Of a stretch of DNA of 64,000 nucleotides, positions 49,033 to 59,480 are shown in pieces. The DNA comes from an uncultured Chloroflexia bacterium (GTDB lineage: Bacteria; Chloroflexota; Limnocylindria; Limnocylindrales; CSP1-4): assembly GCA_963712745.1 (NCBI GenBank), contig CAVQJC010000004.1, positions 160,001-224,000 of the forward strand, read 5' to 3'. How positions within the stretch are numbered: position 1 is the first letter of the stretch; each line of letters starts with the position of its first letter. The position numbers and the translations under genes are program-made. Under the pieces are notes generated by a model, which was given only the letters and a program-made list of their open reading frames with translations, did no database searches and had not been told where the DNA came from.

Positions 49033-50595
49033 ATGCTCGCGATCCTCGATACCGCCGTCGTCAGCGGCCTCCACGGTGAGCTCGTGCGCGTGGAGGTCGA
49101 TGTCGCGCCGGGCCTGCCCAGTTGCCACATCGTGGGCCTGCCAGATACGGCCCTCTCGGAGGCGCGTGAACGGGTCCGCAGCGCCATCCGCAACGCCGGC
49201 TTCGCCTATCCGCTGAGCCGCATCACGGTCAACCTGGCGCCGGCCGACCGGCGCAAGCACGGGGCCGCCTACGACGTGGCCATCGCCACCGGCATCCTGC
49301 TGGCCGCCGATGAGCTGCGGGCATCGGGTGGTCCGTGGGCGCTGCTGGGTGAGCTCTCCCTCGATGGCGGTGTCATGCCCATCCCGGGGGTCCTGCCCAT
49401 GGTGGCCACCCTGCGCGAGGCGGGGCATGCCCGTGTCTGTGTGCCGAAGCCGAACGTTGATGAGGCGCGGATGGTCGCGGGCATCGAGGTCATCGGGGTC
49501 GATGGGCTCGACGATGTCGCTCGCCTGGTGGCCGGACCGCGGGGGCGGAAGGCAGCTGCGGCCCGTCGCCGGCGACCGATCCGCGTGGCCGGTGGATCGG
49601 GACCCACAGCGGTCCCCAGCACGCTTGACACGTCTGAGGTCACCGAGCTGTCCGACGTGCGGGGACAGGAGCAGGCACGCTGGGCCCTGGAGGTGGCCCT
49701 GGCCGGCCGGCACAACCTGCTATTCATCGGTCCGCCCGGGGCAGGCAAGACCATGCTCGCGCGAGCCGTGCCCGGGCTGCAGCCGGAGCTGACTGACCAC
49801 GAAGCCCACGAGGTCGCGGTCATCCACAGCGTGGCCGGCCTCGATGTCGGCGCCGCCGACCGGCGGCGCCGCCCGTTCTGCAGCCCACACCACACGACCT
49901 CGTATGCGGCCATGGTCGGCGGCGGGCCGCGGCTGCGGCCGGGACTCGTGAGCCAGGCGCACCAGGGGGTGCTCTTCCTCGACGAGCTGGCCGAGTTCGA
50001 CCGCGACGTGCTGGACGCCCTGCGCCAGCCACTGGAGGACGGCCAGGTCGAGGTCGTGCGCGCACACGGTTCGGTCCGCTATCCGGCCCGCCTCCAACTC
50101 ATCGCGGCCATGAACCCGTGCCGCTGTGGCTGGTATGGCGACGCTGAGCGCCCATGCCGCTGCCCGCTCCGCGAGCCCGAGAGGTACCAGCGCCGGGTCA
50201 GTGGGCCCCTGCTCGACCGCATCGACCTGCGTGTCCTGATGCCGCGTCTGGTGACCGAGCAACTCGTGGCCCCCCTCCGGCCGGAGAGCAGTGTCGTGGT
50301 GGCGGCTCGCATCCGCGGGGCCCGGGAGCTGGCGCTCGCACGCAACGATGGGTTGCCCAACGCGGGCCTGCGCGGCCAGCACTTGCTGCTCACATGCGCA
50401 CTCGACACGGCCGCCAGGAACACCCTCTCGGACGTCTCGGCCAGCCTCGGGCTCACTGCTCGTGGTGTCCATCGCATGCTGCGCGTGGCCCGCACCATCG
50501 CCGACCTGCGAGGACACGAGAGAGTCGGCTCCGACGAAGTCTACGCGGCCACCTCCATGCGCGACCGTTCGCTGGAGGCGCAGATCGCTGCATGA
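49033..50595 (+). CDS. comM: YifB/ComM Mg-chelatase-like AAA ATPase
   Basis: IVGLPD, GELSLDG, GPPGAGKT, FLDELAEF, MNPC.CG and SGPLLDRID motifs. Confidence 0.92.
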   Translation: MLAILDTAVVSGLHGELVRVEVDVAPGLPSCHIVGLPDTALSEARERVRSAIRNAGFAYPLSRITVNLAPADRRKHGAAYDVAIATGILLAADELRASGGPWALLGELSLDGGVMPIPGVLPMVATLREAGHARVCVPKPNVDEARMVAGIEVIGVDGLDDVARLVAGPRGRKAAAARRRRPIRVAGGSGPTAVPSTLDTSEVTELSDVRGQEQARWALEVALAGRHNLLFIGPPGAGKTMLARAVPGLQPELTDHEAHEVAVIHSVAGLDVGAADRRRRPFCSPHHTTSYAAMVGGGPRLRPGLVSQAHQGVLFLDELAEFDRDVLDALRQPLEDGQVEVVRAHGSVRYPARLQLIAAMNPCRCGWYGDAERPCRCPLREPERYQRRVSGPLLDRIDLRVLMPRLVTEQLVAPLRPESSVVVAARIRGARELALARNDGLPNAGLRGQHLLLTCALDTAARNTLSDVSASLGLTARGVHRMLRVARTIADLRGHERVGSDEVYAATSMRDRSLEAQIAA

Positions 50596-51770
50596 ACGAA
50601 CGGGAGGCCTGGATCGCCCTGGCCGGTGTGAGCGGCGTCGGAGACCTCACCTTCGCCCGCCTGCTGGCGCGCTACGGCAGCGCGCGTGCAGCGCTGGAGG
50701 CCGTGTCCGCATCGCCTCCGGCTCAGGCCGACCGACGCCTCGCCGACGAGCTCGGTCAGCGCCTCCGCCCGGGCCTGTGTCGCGGCGTGCGCGCGGCTGC
50801 CCGCGACCCCCTGCGCATCGAGCGGGAGATGGCAGCGCTGGGTGGCTGGATCGTGACGCGCCTCGACCCCTGCTACCCGTCGCGGCTCCATGCCATCGAA
50901 GAACCGCCGCCGGTGCTCTACGGCCTGGGCGACCAGGCCCTGCTCGAAGGGCCACGGCCGGTGGCCATCGTCGGTACCCGCCGGCCGACCGCGGTCGGCC
51001 GGGACCTGGCCGTGCGCATCGCCACCCGACTGTCGGAGGCCGGCTACACGGTCGTTTCCGGGCTGGCCGTCGGCATCGATGGGGCGGCGCACCTGGCCGC
51101 GCTCGAAGCCGGCCGCGAGACCATGGCCGTGGTCGGCAGCGGACTCGATGCGCCTGGACCGTCGGTCCATCGCCGACTGGCCCGGCGCATCGCCACATAC
51201 GGCGCCGTCGTCAGCGAACTGGCGCCGGGCGTGCGGGCCACGCGGGGCACGTTCCCCCGACGCAACCGCATCGTCAGCGGCCTGGCGTCGGCCACCATCG
51301 TGGTCGAGGCGCCGGCCCGCAGCGGGGCTCTCATCACCGCTCGACACGCACTCGAACAGGGTCGCGACCTTCTGGTGGCGCCCGGCCGCCCGCTCGATCC
51401 TCGGGTGGCGGGCAACCTGGCCCTGCTGCGCGAGTCCCCGGCGCGGCCCCTGGTCGGTCTCGACGAGATGCTGGCCGACCTCGATCCCGGAGGAGGAGGG
51501 GAGGACGGCCGCCCGTCTCTCGCCGCCCCCGCCCGTCTCTCGCCGGCGGCCGCCCTCGAGCTGCTCGATCCCACTGTTCGCTCGGTCGCGCGGCTGCTCC
51601 TGAGCGGCCCGCACTCGACGGACGGACTGTGCCGGGCAACGGGACTCGATGCGGGGGTGGTGGCCGCGGCCCTGACGATGCTGCAGCTGCGTGGCTGGGC
51701 CCGGGTCCATGGCGTGACCCACCTGGCGGCGGGACCATTGGCCGGGATGGACAACGACCGTGCGCCATGA
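50592..51770 (+). CDS. dprA: DNA-processing protein DprA
   Basis: AIVGTR, VSGLA.GID, FPRRNRI and SGALITA motifs. Confidence 0.93.
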   Translation: MNEREAWIALAGVSGVGDLTFARLLARYGSARAALEAVSASPPAQADRRLADELGQRLRPGLCRGVRAAARDPLRIEREMAALGGWIVTRLDPCYPSRLHAIEEPPPVLYGLGDQALLEGPRPVAIVGTRRPTAVGRDLAVRIATRLSEAGYTVVSGLAVGIDGAAHLAALEAGRETMAVVGSGLDAPGPSVHRRLARRIATYGAVVSELAPGVRATRGTFPRRNRIVSGLASATIVVEAPARSGALITARHALEQGRDLLVAPGRPLDPRVAGNLALLRESPARPLVGLDEMLADLDPGGGGEDGRPSLAAPARLSPAAALELLDPTVRSVARLLLSGPHSTDGLCRATGLDAGVVAAALTMLQLRGWARVHGVTHLAAGPLAGMDNDRAP

Positions 51771-51826
51771 GAGAGTCCGCCGAGCCCCAGCGGAATACGC
51801 CGGTCGTCGCAGCGTAGGATGGAGCC

Positions 51827-52234
51827 ATGATCCGGAACGTCATCTTGCACCTCCATGGCGAACAGCCCATGAAGGCGGACATCGAGTCCCTGCCCACCGC
51901 TGCCGACGCGGGCCTGCTGTGCACGAACCTGCGCACGCTCGAGGGCCGCAAGCCCCTCTCGACCGAGTTCCTGGACTCGGTATTCCTGCTGCCCTACAAC
52001 ATCATCCGCTTCATCGAGATCCCCCGCGCGGCCATCCACGCGGCCGGCCTGGACGAGGATCTGCCCAGCGGACCGGTGGCATTGCCGGCAGAGGCAGAGG
52101 CGGTGCCGGAGGGAGCACACGTCATCGTGACCCCGGCCCCCGCCGCCCACGCTGGGACTCCGGCCGCCGCCGAGGACGCGCCGGAACGGCTCGAACCCGA
52201 CGCGGAATTGCTCCGCCGCATCCGCGAGGCATGA
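51827..52234 (+). CDS. Conserved hypothetical protein
   Basis: GC3-rich ORF between dprA and topA; TAGGAT 6 nt upstream. Confidence 0.7.
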   Translation: MIRNVILHLHGEQPMKADIESLPTAADAGLLCTNLRTLEGRKPLSTEFLDSVFLLPYNIIRFIEIPRAAIHAAGLDEDLPSGPVALPAEAEAVPEGAHVIVTPAPAAHAGTPAAAEDAPERLEPDAELLRRIREA

Positions 52235-52292
52235 GCTCCAGCCTCGTGGGGGCGGGTGGTGCGTCGACGCACCGCTGCTACACTTCCCCGCC

Positions 52293-54755
52293 GTGACCAA
52301 GAACCTGGTGATCGTCGAGTCGCCCGCCAAGGCCAGGACGATCGAACGCTACCTCGGAGACGGCTTCAAGGTGCTGGCCTCGTACGGCCATGTCCGAGAT
52401 CTGCCGGAGAACCCCGGCAAGGGCAAGTTCGGCGTGGACGTCGAGCACGATTTCGCGCCCGAGTACGTCGTCAACGAGGACCGGCGCAAACAGCTCAACG
52501 CCATCACCCGTGAAGCCGCGCGGTCCGACCTGGTCTATCTCGCCACCGACCTCGACCGCGAGGGTGAGGCCATCGCCTGGCACGTCGTCGAGGCTGTCGA
52601 GATCCCCGAGGACAAGACACGGCGCGTGACCTTCAGCGAGATCACCAAGTCGGCCATCACCGAAGCCTTCGCGGCGCCGCGCGACATCGACATGGGCCTC
52701 GTCGATGCGCAGCAGACTCGTCGCATCATGGACCGCCTCGTGGGCTACACGTTGAGCCCGCTCATCAGCCGCAAGGTTCGCAGCGGTCTATCGGCCGGGC
52801 GCGTGCAGTCGGTGGCGGTACGCCTGGTGGTCGAGCGCGAGCGCCAGATCGAAGCCTTCAGCGCACGCGAGTACTGGACCCTCGAAGCTCTCCTCGAGAC
52901 TCCGTCCGGCGAGCGCTACAAGGCCGCACTGGTCAGGGTCGACGGCACACGCATCGCCCAGGGCGGCGAGGTCAAGAAGAACGAGATCCCCATCCCCGAC
53001 GAAGCCACGGCGAAGGCCTATGTCGAGGCGCTCAAGGGCGACACCGCCACCATCATCTCGGTCAAGGTCCGTTCGAGCAAGCGCAACCCGGCTCCACCCT
53101 TCACCACCAGCACCATGCAGCAGGAGGCCAGCCGCAAGCTGGGCTACGGCCCCAAGCGCACGATGTCGGTGGCCCAGCGCCTGTACGAAGGCATCGAGAT
53201 CGACGGCGAGCCAACCGGACTCATCACCTACATGCGAACCGATTCGGTCAATCTGGCCAAATCCGCCCAGCTCGAGGCCTACGAGGTCGTCACCGGTCGC
53301 TATGGCCCCGAGTACGCCGTGGAGGGCGGGCGCGGCTACAAGACCAGGGCCAAGGGTGCCCAGGAGGCACACGAGGCCATCCGGCCGACCTCCTTCACAC
53401 GCGACCCGGAATCGCTGCGCGGGAGCATCAAGGACGACGAACTGCGGCTGTACCGCCTCATCTGGCAGCGAGCGCTGGCCTCGCAGATGGCACCCAAGCA
53501 GATGGAGACCACGGCCGCCGAGCTCGAGGCCGGTCGTTTCGGCCTGCGCGCCAGCGCCACCCGCACCACCTTCGACGGCTTCACCAAGGTCTATACCGAA
53601 GGCCGCGACGACGGCGAGGAGGAGGAGCAGGAGGCACGCCTGCCAGCCCTGGCCGAGGGCGACCGCTCCACGGTCCACGACGTCGAGGGCGAGCAGCACT
53701 TCACCGAGCCGCCGCCGCGCTACACGGAGGCCACGCTCATCAAGGCGCTCGAGGAGAACGGCATCGGCCGCCCCTCAACGTACGCCGCCACCATCAGCAC
53801 GATCCAGGACCGCGGCTATGTGAGGGTCGTGGACAAGCGCCTGCGGCCGGAGGTCGTGGCCAACATCGTGACCGACGTGCTGGTCGAGCATTTCGGCGAC
53901 TACGTCGACTATGACTTCACCGCGCGCATGGAATCGGAGCTCGACGAGGTCGCGGCCGGTAAGCGTGCATGGGTGCCGCTGCTGCACGAGTTCTACGATC
54001 CGCTCCAGAAGCTCGTCGACGAGAAGCGCAAGACGCTCAAGCGCAGCGAGCTGACCACCGAGGAGACAGACGAGGTCTGCTCGGAGGGCCACCCCATGGT
54101 CATCCGGCTCGGCCGCAACGGGCGCTTCCTGGCCTGCTCCATGTACCCCGACCACAAGGAGACGCGCGACATCCCCGGCGAAGAGCCGGACATGCCCCCG
54201 GTCGAAGGGGCCGGCGAGCCCTGCCCCAAGTGTGGCCAAGGAACGCTGGTGGCACGCCGTGGACGCTACGGTGCCTTCGCCGGCTGCTCCCGCTACCCCG
54301 ATTGCGACTACATCCATCGCACGGGGCCGCCCCCGCCTCCGCCGCTGCCGTTCGAGGTGGAATGCCCCAAGTGCGGCGAGGGCAGACTGACGGCCCGCCG
54401 GGCCCGCCGGACGGGCAACGTCTTCTACGGTTGCGGCCGTTATCCCAAGTGCGACTTCACCACCAATCTCGAGCCGCTCGGCGCGGTGCACGATACCGAC
54501 GCGGGAGCCGTGGCCCTGAAGGACGACAGCGGTATCTGCCTGCGCTGCGGCGCTGCGGTGGACTTGCCCGCTGAGCGCGCCGCACTGCCTGGCCAGAAGC
54601 TGGCGGGTGGTGAGCCCAACCCGGCTGCTCTGACACCGTCGCGCAAACGGCGTGCCACCCAGGGTCGCACCTCCGCAGCCAAACCGGGGTCGCGCAAGCG
54701 CAAGACGACGAAGAGCGCCGCCACGGCCGACGCGGACGACGACGACGGCAGCTGA
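52293..54755 (+). CDS. topA: DNA topoisomerase I with C-terminal Zn ribbons
   Basis: IVESPAK, ATDLDREGE, SAGRVQS, ITYMRTDS, AHEAIRP and GIGRPST motifs. Confidence 0.97.
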   Translation: MTKNLVIVESPAKARTIERYLGDGFKVLASYGHVRDLPENPGKGKFGVDVEHDFAPEYVVNEDRRKQLNAITREAARSDLVYLATDLDREGEAIAWHVVEAVEIPEDKTRRVTFSEITKSAITEAFAAPRDIDMGLVDAQQTRRIMDRLVGYTLSPLISRKVRSGLSAGRVQSVAVRLVVERERQIEAFSAREYWTLEALLETPSGERYKAALVRVDGTRIAQGGEVKKNEIPIPDEATAKAYVEALKGDTATIISVKVRSSKRNPAPPFTTSTMQQEASRKLGYGPKRTMSVAQRLYEGIEIDGEPTGLITYMRTDSVNLAKSAQLEAYEVVTGRYGPEYAVEGGRGYKTRAKGAQEAHEAIRPTSFTRDPESLRGSIKDDELRLYRLIWQRALASQMAPKQMETTAAELEAGRFGLRASATRTTFDGFTKVYTEGRDDGEEEEQEARLPALAEGDRSTVHDVEGEQHFTEPPPRYTEATLIKALEENGIGRPSTYAATISTIQDRGYVRVVDKRLRPEVVANIVTDVLVEHFGDYVDYDFTARMESELDEVAAGKRAWVPLLHEFYDPLQKLVDEKRKTLKRSELTTEETDEVCSEGHPMVIRLGRNGRFLACSMYPDHKETRDIPGEEPDMPPVEGAGEPCPKCGQGTLVARRGRYGAFAGCSRYPDCDYIHRTGPPPPPPLPFEVECPKCGEGRLTARRARRTGNVFYGCGRYPKCDFTTNLEPLGAVHDTDAGAVALKDDSGICLRCGAAVDLPAERAALPGQKLAGGEPNPAALTPSRKRRATQGRTSAAKPGSRKRKTTKSAATADADDDDGS

Positions 54756-54780
54756 TGATCGTCGGGCGGGGAGGGGCGCG

Positions 54781-55803
54781 ATGACGAGACGGGGGAACAG
54801 CCGCGACGGGCCTTCCGCAGCGGTCGCCTTCCTGGCCTCGCTCGACGCCAAGGACGCTTCCCCGCACACCAAGCGCGCCTACAGGACGGCCCTCGAACAG
54901 TTCCTCAGCTGGCTCGAAGGCGTGCCCGGCGTGGACTGGGTGCGGCCGCCACGGCGCACCCTGCGGGCGTACCTCGCCGAGCTCGACGGCCGCGGCCTGT
55001 CGCGCGCGACGATCAGCAGCCGTATCGCGGCGCTGCGCTCGTTCTACCGCTTCGCGCGCCGCCAGGGCTGGGTCCAGGGTGACCCCTGGGCAGCCATCGT
55101 CACGCCGCGTCGCTCGTCGCGCCTGCCCCGCGTGCTCGAGGTCGCCGAGGTGGAGCGACTCCTCGACGTCATCCCCGGCTCCGGTGGCCATCCGGTCGGT
55201 GGCGCCTGGGTGCCGGGCATCCCCGAGGCCCTCGAGCTCCGCGACCGCGCCATCGTCGAGTGCGCCTACGCGGCGGGTCTACGCATCAGCGAGATCGCCG
55301 GCGCCGGCGTAGCCGACGTCGACCTCAGCCACGGCGAGATCCGGGTCCTGGGCAAGGGTCGCAAGGAACGCATGGGCATGCTCGGAGCACCTGCCCGGGA
55401 TGCGCTCGAAGCCTATCTGCACCTGGGTCGTCCGACCCTGGCGGCAGCCGGAGATGGCGACGACGGCGCGCTCTTCCTGAGCACCAGGGGCAAGCCGCTG
55501 TCGACGCGCGGCGTTCGCAGCCGCATCGACCAGCTCGTACGCCGGGCCGGGCTGCCCGAGCGGACCACACCCCATACGCTACGGCACTCGTTCGCCTCCC
55601 ACCTGTTGGAAGGTGGTGCCGATCTGCGCGTGGTGCAAGAACTGTTGGGCCACGCCAGCCTCTCGACGACACAGGTCTACACGCACGTGAGTCCGGGCCG
55701 CCTCCAGTCGAGCTACCGGGCCGCGCATCCCCGGGCCGTCTCCGACGGTGGCTCGCCGCCGGCAGCCGACGACCAGGGCGACGAGGGCGACGACCGCTCG
55801 TGA
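54781..55803 (+). CDS. xerC: Tyrosine recombinase XerC/D
   Basis: GLRISE, GKG, HTLRHSFA, LLGH and TQVY; follows topA. Confidence 0.88.
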   Translation: MTRRGNSRDGPSAAVAFLASLDAKDASPHTKRAYRTALEQFLSWLEGVPGVDWVRPPRRTLRAYLAELDGRGLSRATISSRIAALRSFYRFARRQGWVQGDPWAAIVTPRRSSRLPRVLEVAEVERLLDVIPGSGGHPVGGAWVPGIPEALELRDRAIVECAYAAGLRISEIAGAGVADVDLSHGEIRVLGKGRKERMGMLGAPARDALEAYLHLGRPTLAAAGDGDDGALFLSTRGKPLSTRGVRSRIDQLVRRAGLPERTTPHTLRHSFASHLLEGGADLRVVQELLGHASLSTTQVYTHVSPGRLQSSYRAAHPRAVSDGGSPPAADDQGDEGDDRS

Positions 55804-57350
55804 GCAGGGGAGCACTCGCTCGCGCCGGGCTCATCATCACCGGCGCCTTCCTCGCCTCGCGCATCCTGGGCTGGCTGCGAGTGGTCGTGCTCAGCAACCT
55901 CTTCGGTGCCGGGGCGGATCTCGACGCCTACTACGCTGCCTTCCGCATCCCGGACCTCATCTTCGAGCTCGTCGCCGCGGGTGCCATCACTTCGGCGATG
56001 ATCCCCGTCCTGGCGGGGCTCATCGAGCACGGGGAGCGGCCCAGGGCGTGGCGGGTGGCCTCGACCGTGCTCAACCTGATGCTGGGCGTGCTCATCGTGC
56101 TGGCCGTCATCCTGGCCGTCTTCGCGCCCAGCATCGTGCCTCTGCTGGTGCCGGGCTTCGACGAGCCCACGACACGACTGACCATCGAGCTCACGAGGCT
56201 GATGCTGATCAGCCCCATCTTCCTCGCCGCGGGCTCCATCGTCACCGCCATCCTCCAGACACAGGACCGCTTCGGCCCGACGGCCATGGCCCCGGTCGTC
56301 TACAACGCCAGCATCATCATCGCGGCCCTCGTCCTGGCGCCGGTGCTCGGGATCCAGGGCGTTGCGGTGGGTGTCGTCATCGGCGCCATCGGCCACCTCG
56401 TCGTACAGCTGCCGGCGCTACGCGGCCACTTCACCTACTCGTTCTCTGCCGACACGGGGGACCGGGCCGCGCGCCAGACGTTCTGGTTGATGCTGCCCCG
56501 GGCCATCGGCATGGGCGCCAACCAGATCACGTTCCTCGTCAACACCGCCCTCGCGAGCACGGTGGCCGTAGGTGCGGTCGTGAGCTACACCGTCGCCTTC
56601 AGCGTGGTGCAGATCCCGCTCGGTGTCATCGGCCTGCCGCTGGGCATCGTGCTGCTGCCGACGATGTCCCGCGCGTTGGCCAACGGCGACGAGGACGAGT
56701 TCGGGACGATGGTGGCACGTGCCCTGCGCCTGCTGCTCTGGGTCATGGCCTTCATCGCCGCGGTCGGCATCGTCGCCCGGGAGCAGATCGTGGACCTGCT
56801 CTTCGGCTGGGGCTTCGACGAGACCGCGCTGGCGGCTACGGCCGCTGCCCTCGGTGTATTCCTCATCGGCCTCCCGGCGCACTCCATGAACGTCATCCTG
56901 GCGCGAGCGTTCTACAGCGGCAAGGACACCATCACACCGGTGTCGGTGGCCATCGTCTCGGTCGGCGTCAACGTGGCCATCTCCGTCCTCGCTGTCGGCA
57001 CGCTGGGGATCCGCGGCCTCGCTCTTGGCATCGCCCTTGGGGCCTGGTTCGAGGCCACCACCCTGACGCTCCTGTTGCGTCGCCGGCACCCCGCCATCGC
57101 GACCCGCAGCGTCGTGCAGGGCGGTGCGCTCTCGGTGGTCGGCGCGGTCATCGCCGCCCTCGTGGCCGCGGGCGTCCTGGCCCTGGACCTGGCCCCTGAG
57201 AGCCTCTCGCGGGTACTCGCCCTCATCGTCGACCTGACGCTGGCATCGGCCGCCGGCCTGGGCGTATACGTCCTGTACAGTCGGCTGGTGCGACTCCCTG
57301 AGCTGCCGCGCTCGGTCGACCTCGCTCGCTCCGCCATCCGCGGCAGGTGA
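55800..57350 (+). CDS. murJ: Lipid II flippase MurJ
   Basis: SRILG.LR, DAY.AAFRIP, IP and RAFY...DT.TP motifs. Confidence 0.92.
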   Translation: MSRGALARAGLIITGAFLASRILGWLRVVVLSNLFGAGADLDAYYAAFRIPDLIFELVAAGAITSAMIPVLAGLIEHGERPRAWRVASTVLNLMLGVLIVLAVILAVFAPSIVPLLVPGFDEPTTRLTIELTRLMLISPIFLAAGSIVTAILQTQDRFGPTAMAPVVYNASIIIAALVLAPVLGIQGVAVGVVIGAIGHLVVQLPALRGHFTYSFSADTGDRAARQTFWLMLPRAIGMGANQITFLVNTALASTVAVGAVVSYTVAFSVVQIPLGVIGLPLGIVLLPTMSRALANGDEDEFGTMVARALRLLLWVMAFIAAVGIVAREQIVDLLFGWGFDETALAATAAALGVFLIGLPAHSMNVILARAFYSGKDTITPVSVAIVSVGVNVAISVLAVGTLGIRGLALGIALGAWFEATTLTLLLRRRHPAIATRSVVQGGALSVVGAVIAALVAAGVLALDLAPESLSRVLALIVDLTLASAAGLGVYVLYSRLVRLPELPRSVDLARSAIRGR

Positions 57351-57367
57351 GTGGACCCTAGCCGGTC

Positions 57368-58417
57368 ATGCGCGTCGTCGCCGATGTCATCGCACCACCG
57401 CCCCACTGGGATGAGAGGGCGGTGGCTGTCCCGGGCGGGCACGCCCTGCAGTCCGCAACGTGGGGCACATACCGCACCAGCCAGGGGTATGAGACGCGCT
57501 ACCTCACGTTCGACGACGACCGCGTGGCGCTGGTGCTGCTGCGGCGCTCAGCCGGCTTGCCCGGCTCGGACGCCGCGGTCCGCCGCGGGCCGGCTCACGC
57601 CGACCAGGGTGGGGCTGTGCTGGCCGCTCGTGCTGCCGCCCTGGCCACGTGGGCGCGCGACTCCGGAGTACGCGAGCTCTATCTCGACCCGGAGCTTCCG
57701 GCCGATCCGGGGTATGCCTCGAGCATGACCGGGAGCGGGTTCGGGATCACCGAGGGACTCGAGCCTTCGATCCACGTCATGCGCCTCGAGTTCGAGCCGG
57801 ACACTGACGCCGAGTCCGTGCACGCGGGGTTCTCCAAGTCCACCCGTCAGCGCATCCGCGCGGCCGAGCAGGCCGGCACGGTCGTGGAGCCCGACCCAGC
57901 CGGTGACCACCTGGACGAGTTCGCCGTGCTCATGCAGGAACGAGCCGAGGTCGTGGGTATGCAACTCCAGCAGGGAACCGACTACCTCCGTGGCTGGCGC
58001 GCGTTGCTGGCGGCGGATCTGGCCAGGCTCTTCACGGCCTATCACGAGGGCGAGCTGGTCGGCGGGTTGTTCCTCTTCCGCCATGGCGGCATCTGGGCCA
58101 CGGCCTACTCGGCAGACAGGGCTTCGCGCCGTCGCGACCTGGCGGGCACCATGCACCTGGTCCGGGCCACGGCCATCAAGGGCGCACTGGCCGATGGCTG
58201 TCGCGCCATCGAGCTCGGCGGCGTGGACCTGCCCGGGCATCGCAGCCCACCACAGCCGGGTGATCCGAACCGGGGCCTGTATGAGCACAAACGGGGCTTC
58301 GGGGCAAGCTGGGTCGAGCGGGAACCGCCGCGTGGCATCGTGCTCCGGCCCGCTGCCGTGCGCCTGGCACGGGTCCGCCGCCGCACCATCGACGTCCTCC
58401 GCGGGATGCGAAGATAG
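57368..58417 (+). CDS. FemABX-family peptidoglycan aminoacyltransferase
   Basis: LQS..W, R..IR.A, GG.D and GL..HK.GFG motifs. Confidence 0.8.
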   Translation: MRVVADVIAPPPHWDERAVAVPGGHALQSATWGTYRTSQGYETRYLTFDDDRVALVLLRRSAGLPGSDAAVRRGPAHADQGGAVLAARAAALATWARDSGVRELYLDPELPADPGYASSMTGSGFGITEGLEPSIHVMRLEFEPDTDAESVHAGFSKSTRQRIRAAEQAGTVVEPDPAGDHLDEFAVLMQERAEVVGMQLQQGTDYLRGWRALLAADLARLFTAYHEGELVGGLFLFRHGGIWATAYSADRASRRRDLAGTMHLVRATAIKGALADGCRAIELGGVDLPGHRSPPQPGDPNRGLYEHKRGFGASWVEREPPRGIVLRPAAVRLARVRRRTIDVLRGMRR

Positions 58418-58422
58418 CGGGC

Positions 58423-59472
58423 ATGCCTCCCGAGCTCGATCGACTGCGCACCGACGACGACGCTTGGGACGCGTTCGTCGAGGGCTCGGACACCGCGTTC
58501 CCGCTGCAGATGACGGCGTGGGCGAGGGCCAAGGCACCCTACGGCTGGAGCGCGGCACGGGTCGTGGCCGACGGCGGCTCAGGCCCGATCGGCGGACAGG
58601 TGCTGATGCGCAGCCTGGGTCCGGGACCCTTCTCGATGGGCTATGCGCCGCGCGGCCCGGTGGCCCGGTCCTTCGACGGGGCCAGCCTCGATGCCTGGAC
58701 GACTGCGCTGCGCGCGTTCGCCCGCGAACGGCGCCTCACGCACGTCACGGCTGACCCGGGCCTCGAAGGCAGCGGGCACCATGCCCTGTTCGAGGCCGCC
58801 GGCTGGGAGCCGAGTGACGCCCTGCAGCTGGCCTCGACCCAGATCATCGACCTCTCGAGATCCGAGGAACGACTGTGGCATGACGTCTACAAGTCGAGCC
58901 GCCGTTACGCCAACGGAGCTCGCAAGATGGGCTGCTACGTGCAGGAAGGTGGCGAAGACGAGCTGCCTGCCTTCTACGAGATCCTGGTGGAGACCGCCGA
59001 GCGTTCCGGCTTCATCCCCAGGGCGCTGGAAGCCTACGCCGACGTGTACCGCGCGTTCGCAGCGGGCGGCAGGGCGCGCATCCTCATCGGTTACCTGCCG
59101 GATGGGGCCGCGGTCTCGAGCAAGATGATCCTGACCAGCGGCGGCCGGGCGTCGCAGCTGTACGGCGGCCTGACCGATGAAGGTGGCCGGGCACGCTCGG
59201 GTCACTTCTTCGAATGGGAGGCCATCATCCGCAGCAAGGCCGCCGGCGCCACCATCTTCGACATGTGGGGCCGTTCGACCAAGGGCATCGCACACTTCAA
59301 GCAGGGCTTCGGCGGTCGCGTCGTCGAGTACGGAGGCACGTTCGACCTGGTCGTCAACGCGCCCGTCCGCTCGCTCTACCTGCGGGGCCGGCGGAGCTGG
59401 GTCCGTTTCGCGCGCCGGCGCCGCGGGCTCGACCCCAACACGCCCGTGTCGGCCTCGCCGGCAGGCGACTGA
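58423..59472 (+). CDS. FemABX-family peptidoglycan aminoacyltransferase
   Basis: WD.FV, LQ...W, YAPRGP, IIDL, FDMWG and FK.GFGG motifs. Confidence 0.85.
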   Translation: MPPELDRLRTDDDAWDAFVEGSDTAFPLQMTAWARAKAPYGWSAARVVADGGSGPIGGQVLMRSLGPGPFSMGYAPRGPVARSFDGASLDAWTTALRAFARERRLTHVTADPGLEGSGHHALFEAAGWEPSDALQLASTQIIDLSRSEERLWHDVYKSSRRYANGARKMGCYVQEGGEDELPAFYEILVETAERSGFIPRALEAYADVYRAFAAGGRARILIGYLPDGAAVSSKMILTSGGRASQLYGGLTDEGGRARSGHFFEWEAIIRSKAAGATIFDMWGRSTKGIAHFKQGFGGRVVEYGGTFDLVVNAPVRSLYLRGRRSWVRFARRRRGLDPNTPVSASPAGD

Positions 59473-59480
59473 GACCAGTC

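Noticed and set aside
54781-55803. Phage or ICE integrase
   Set aside because: dprA-topA-xer synteny and motifs fit housekeeping Xer
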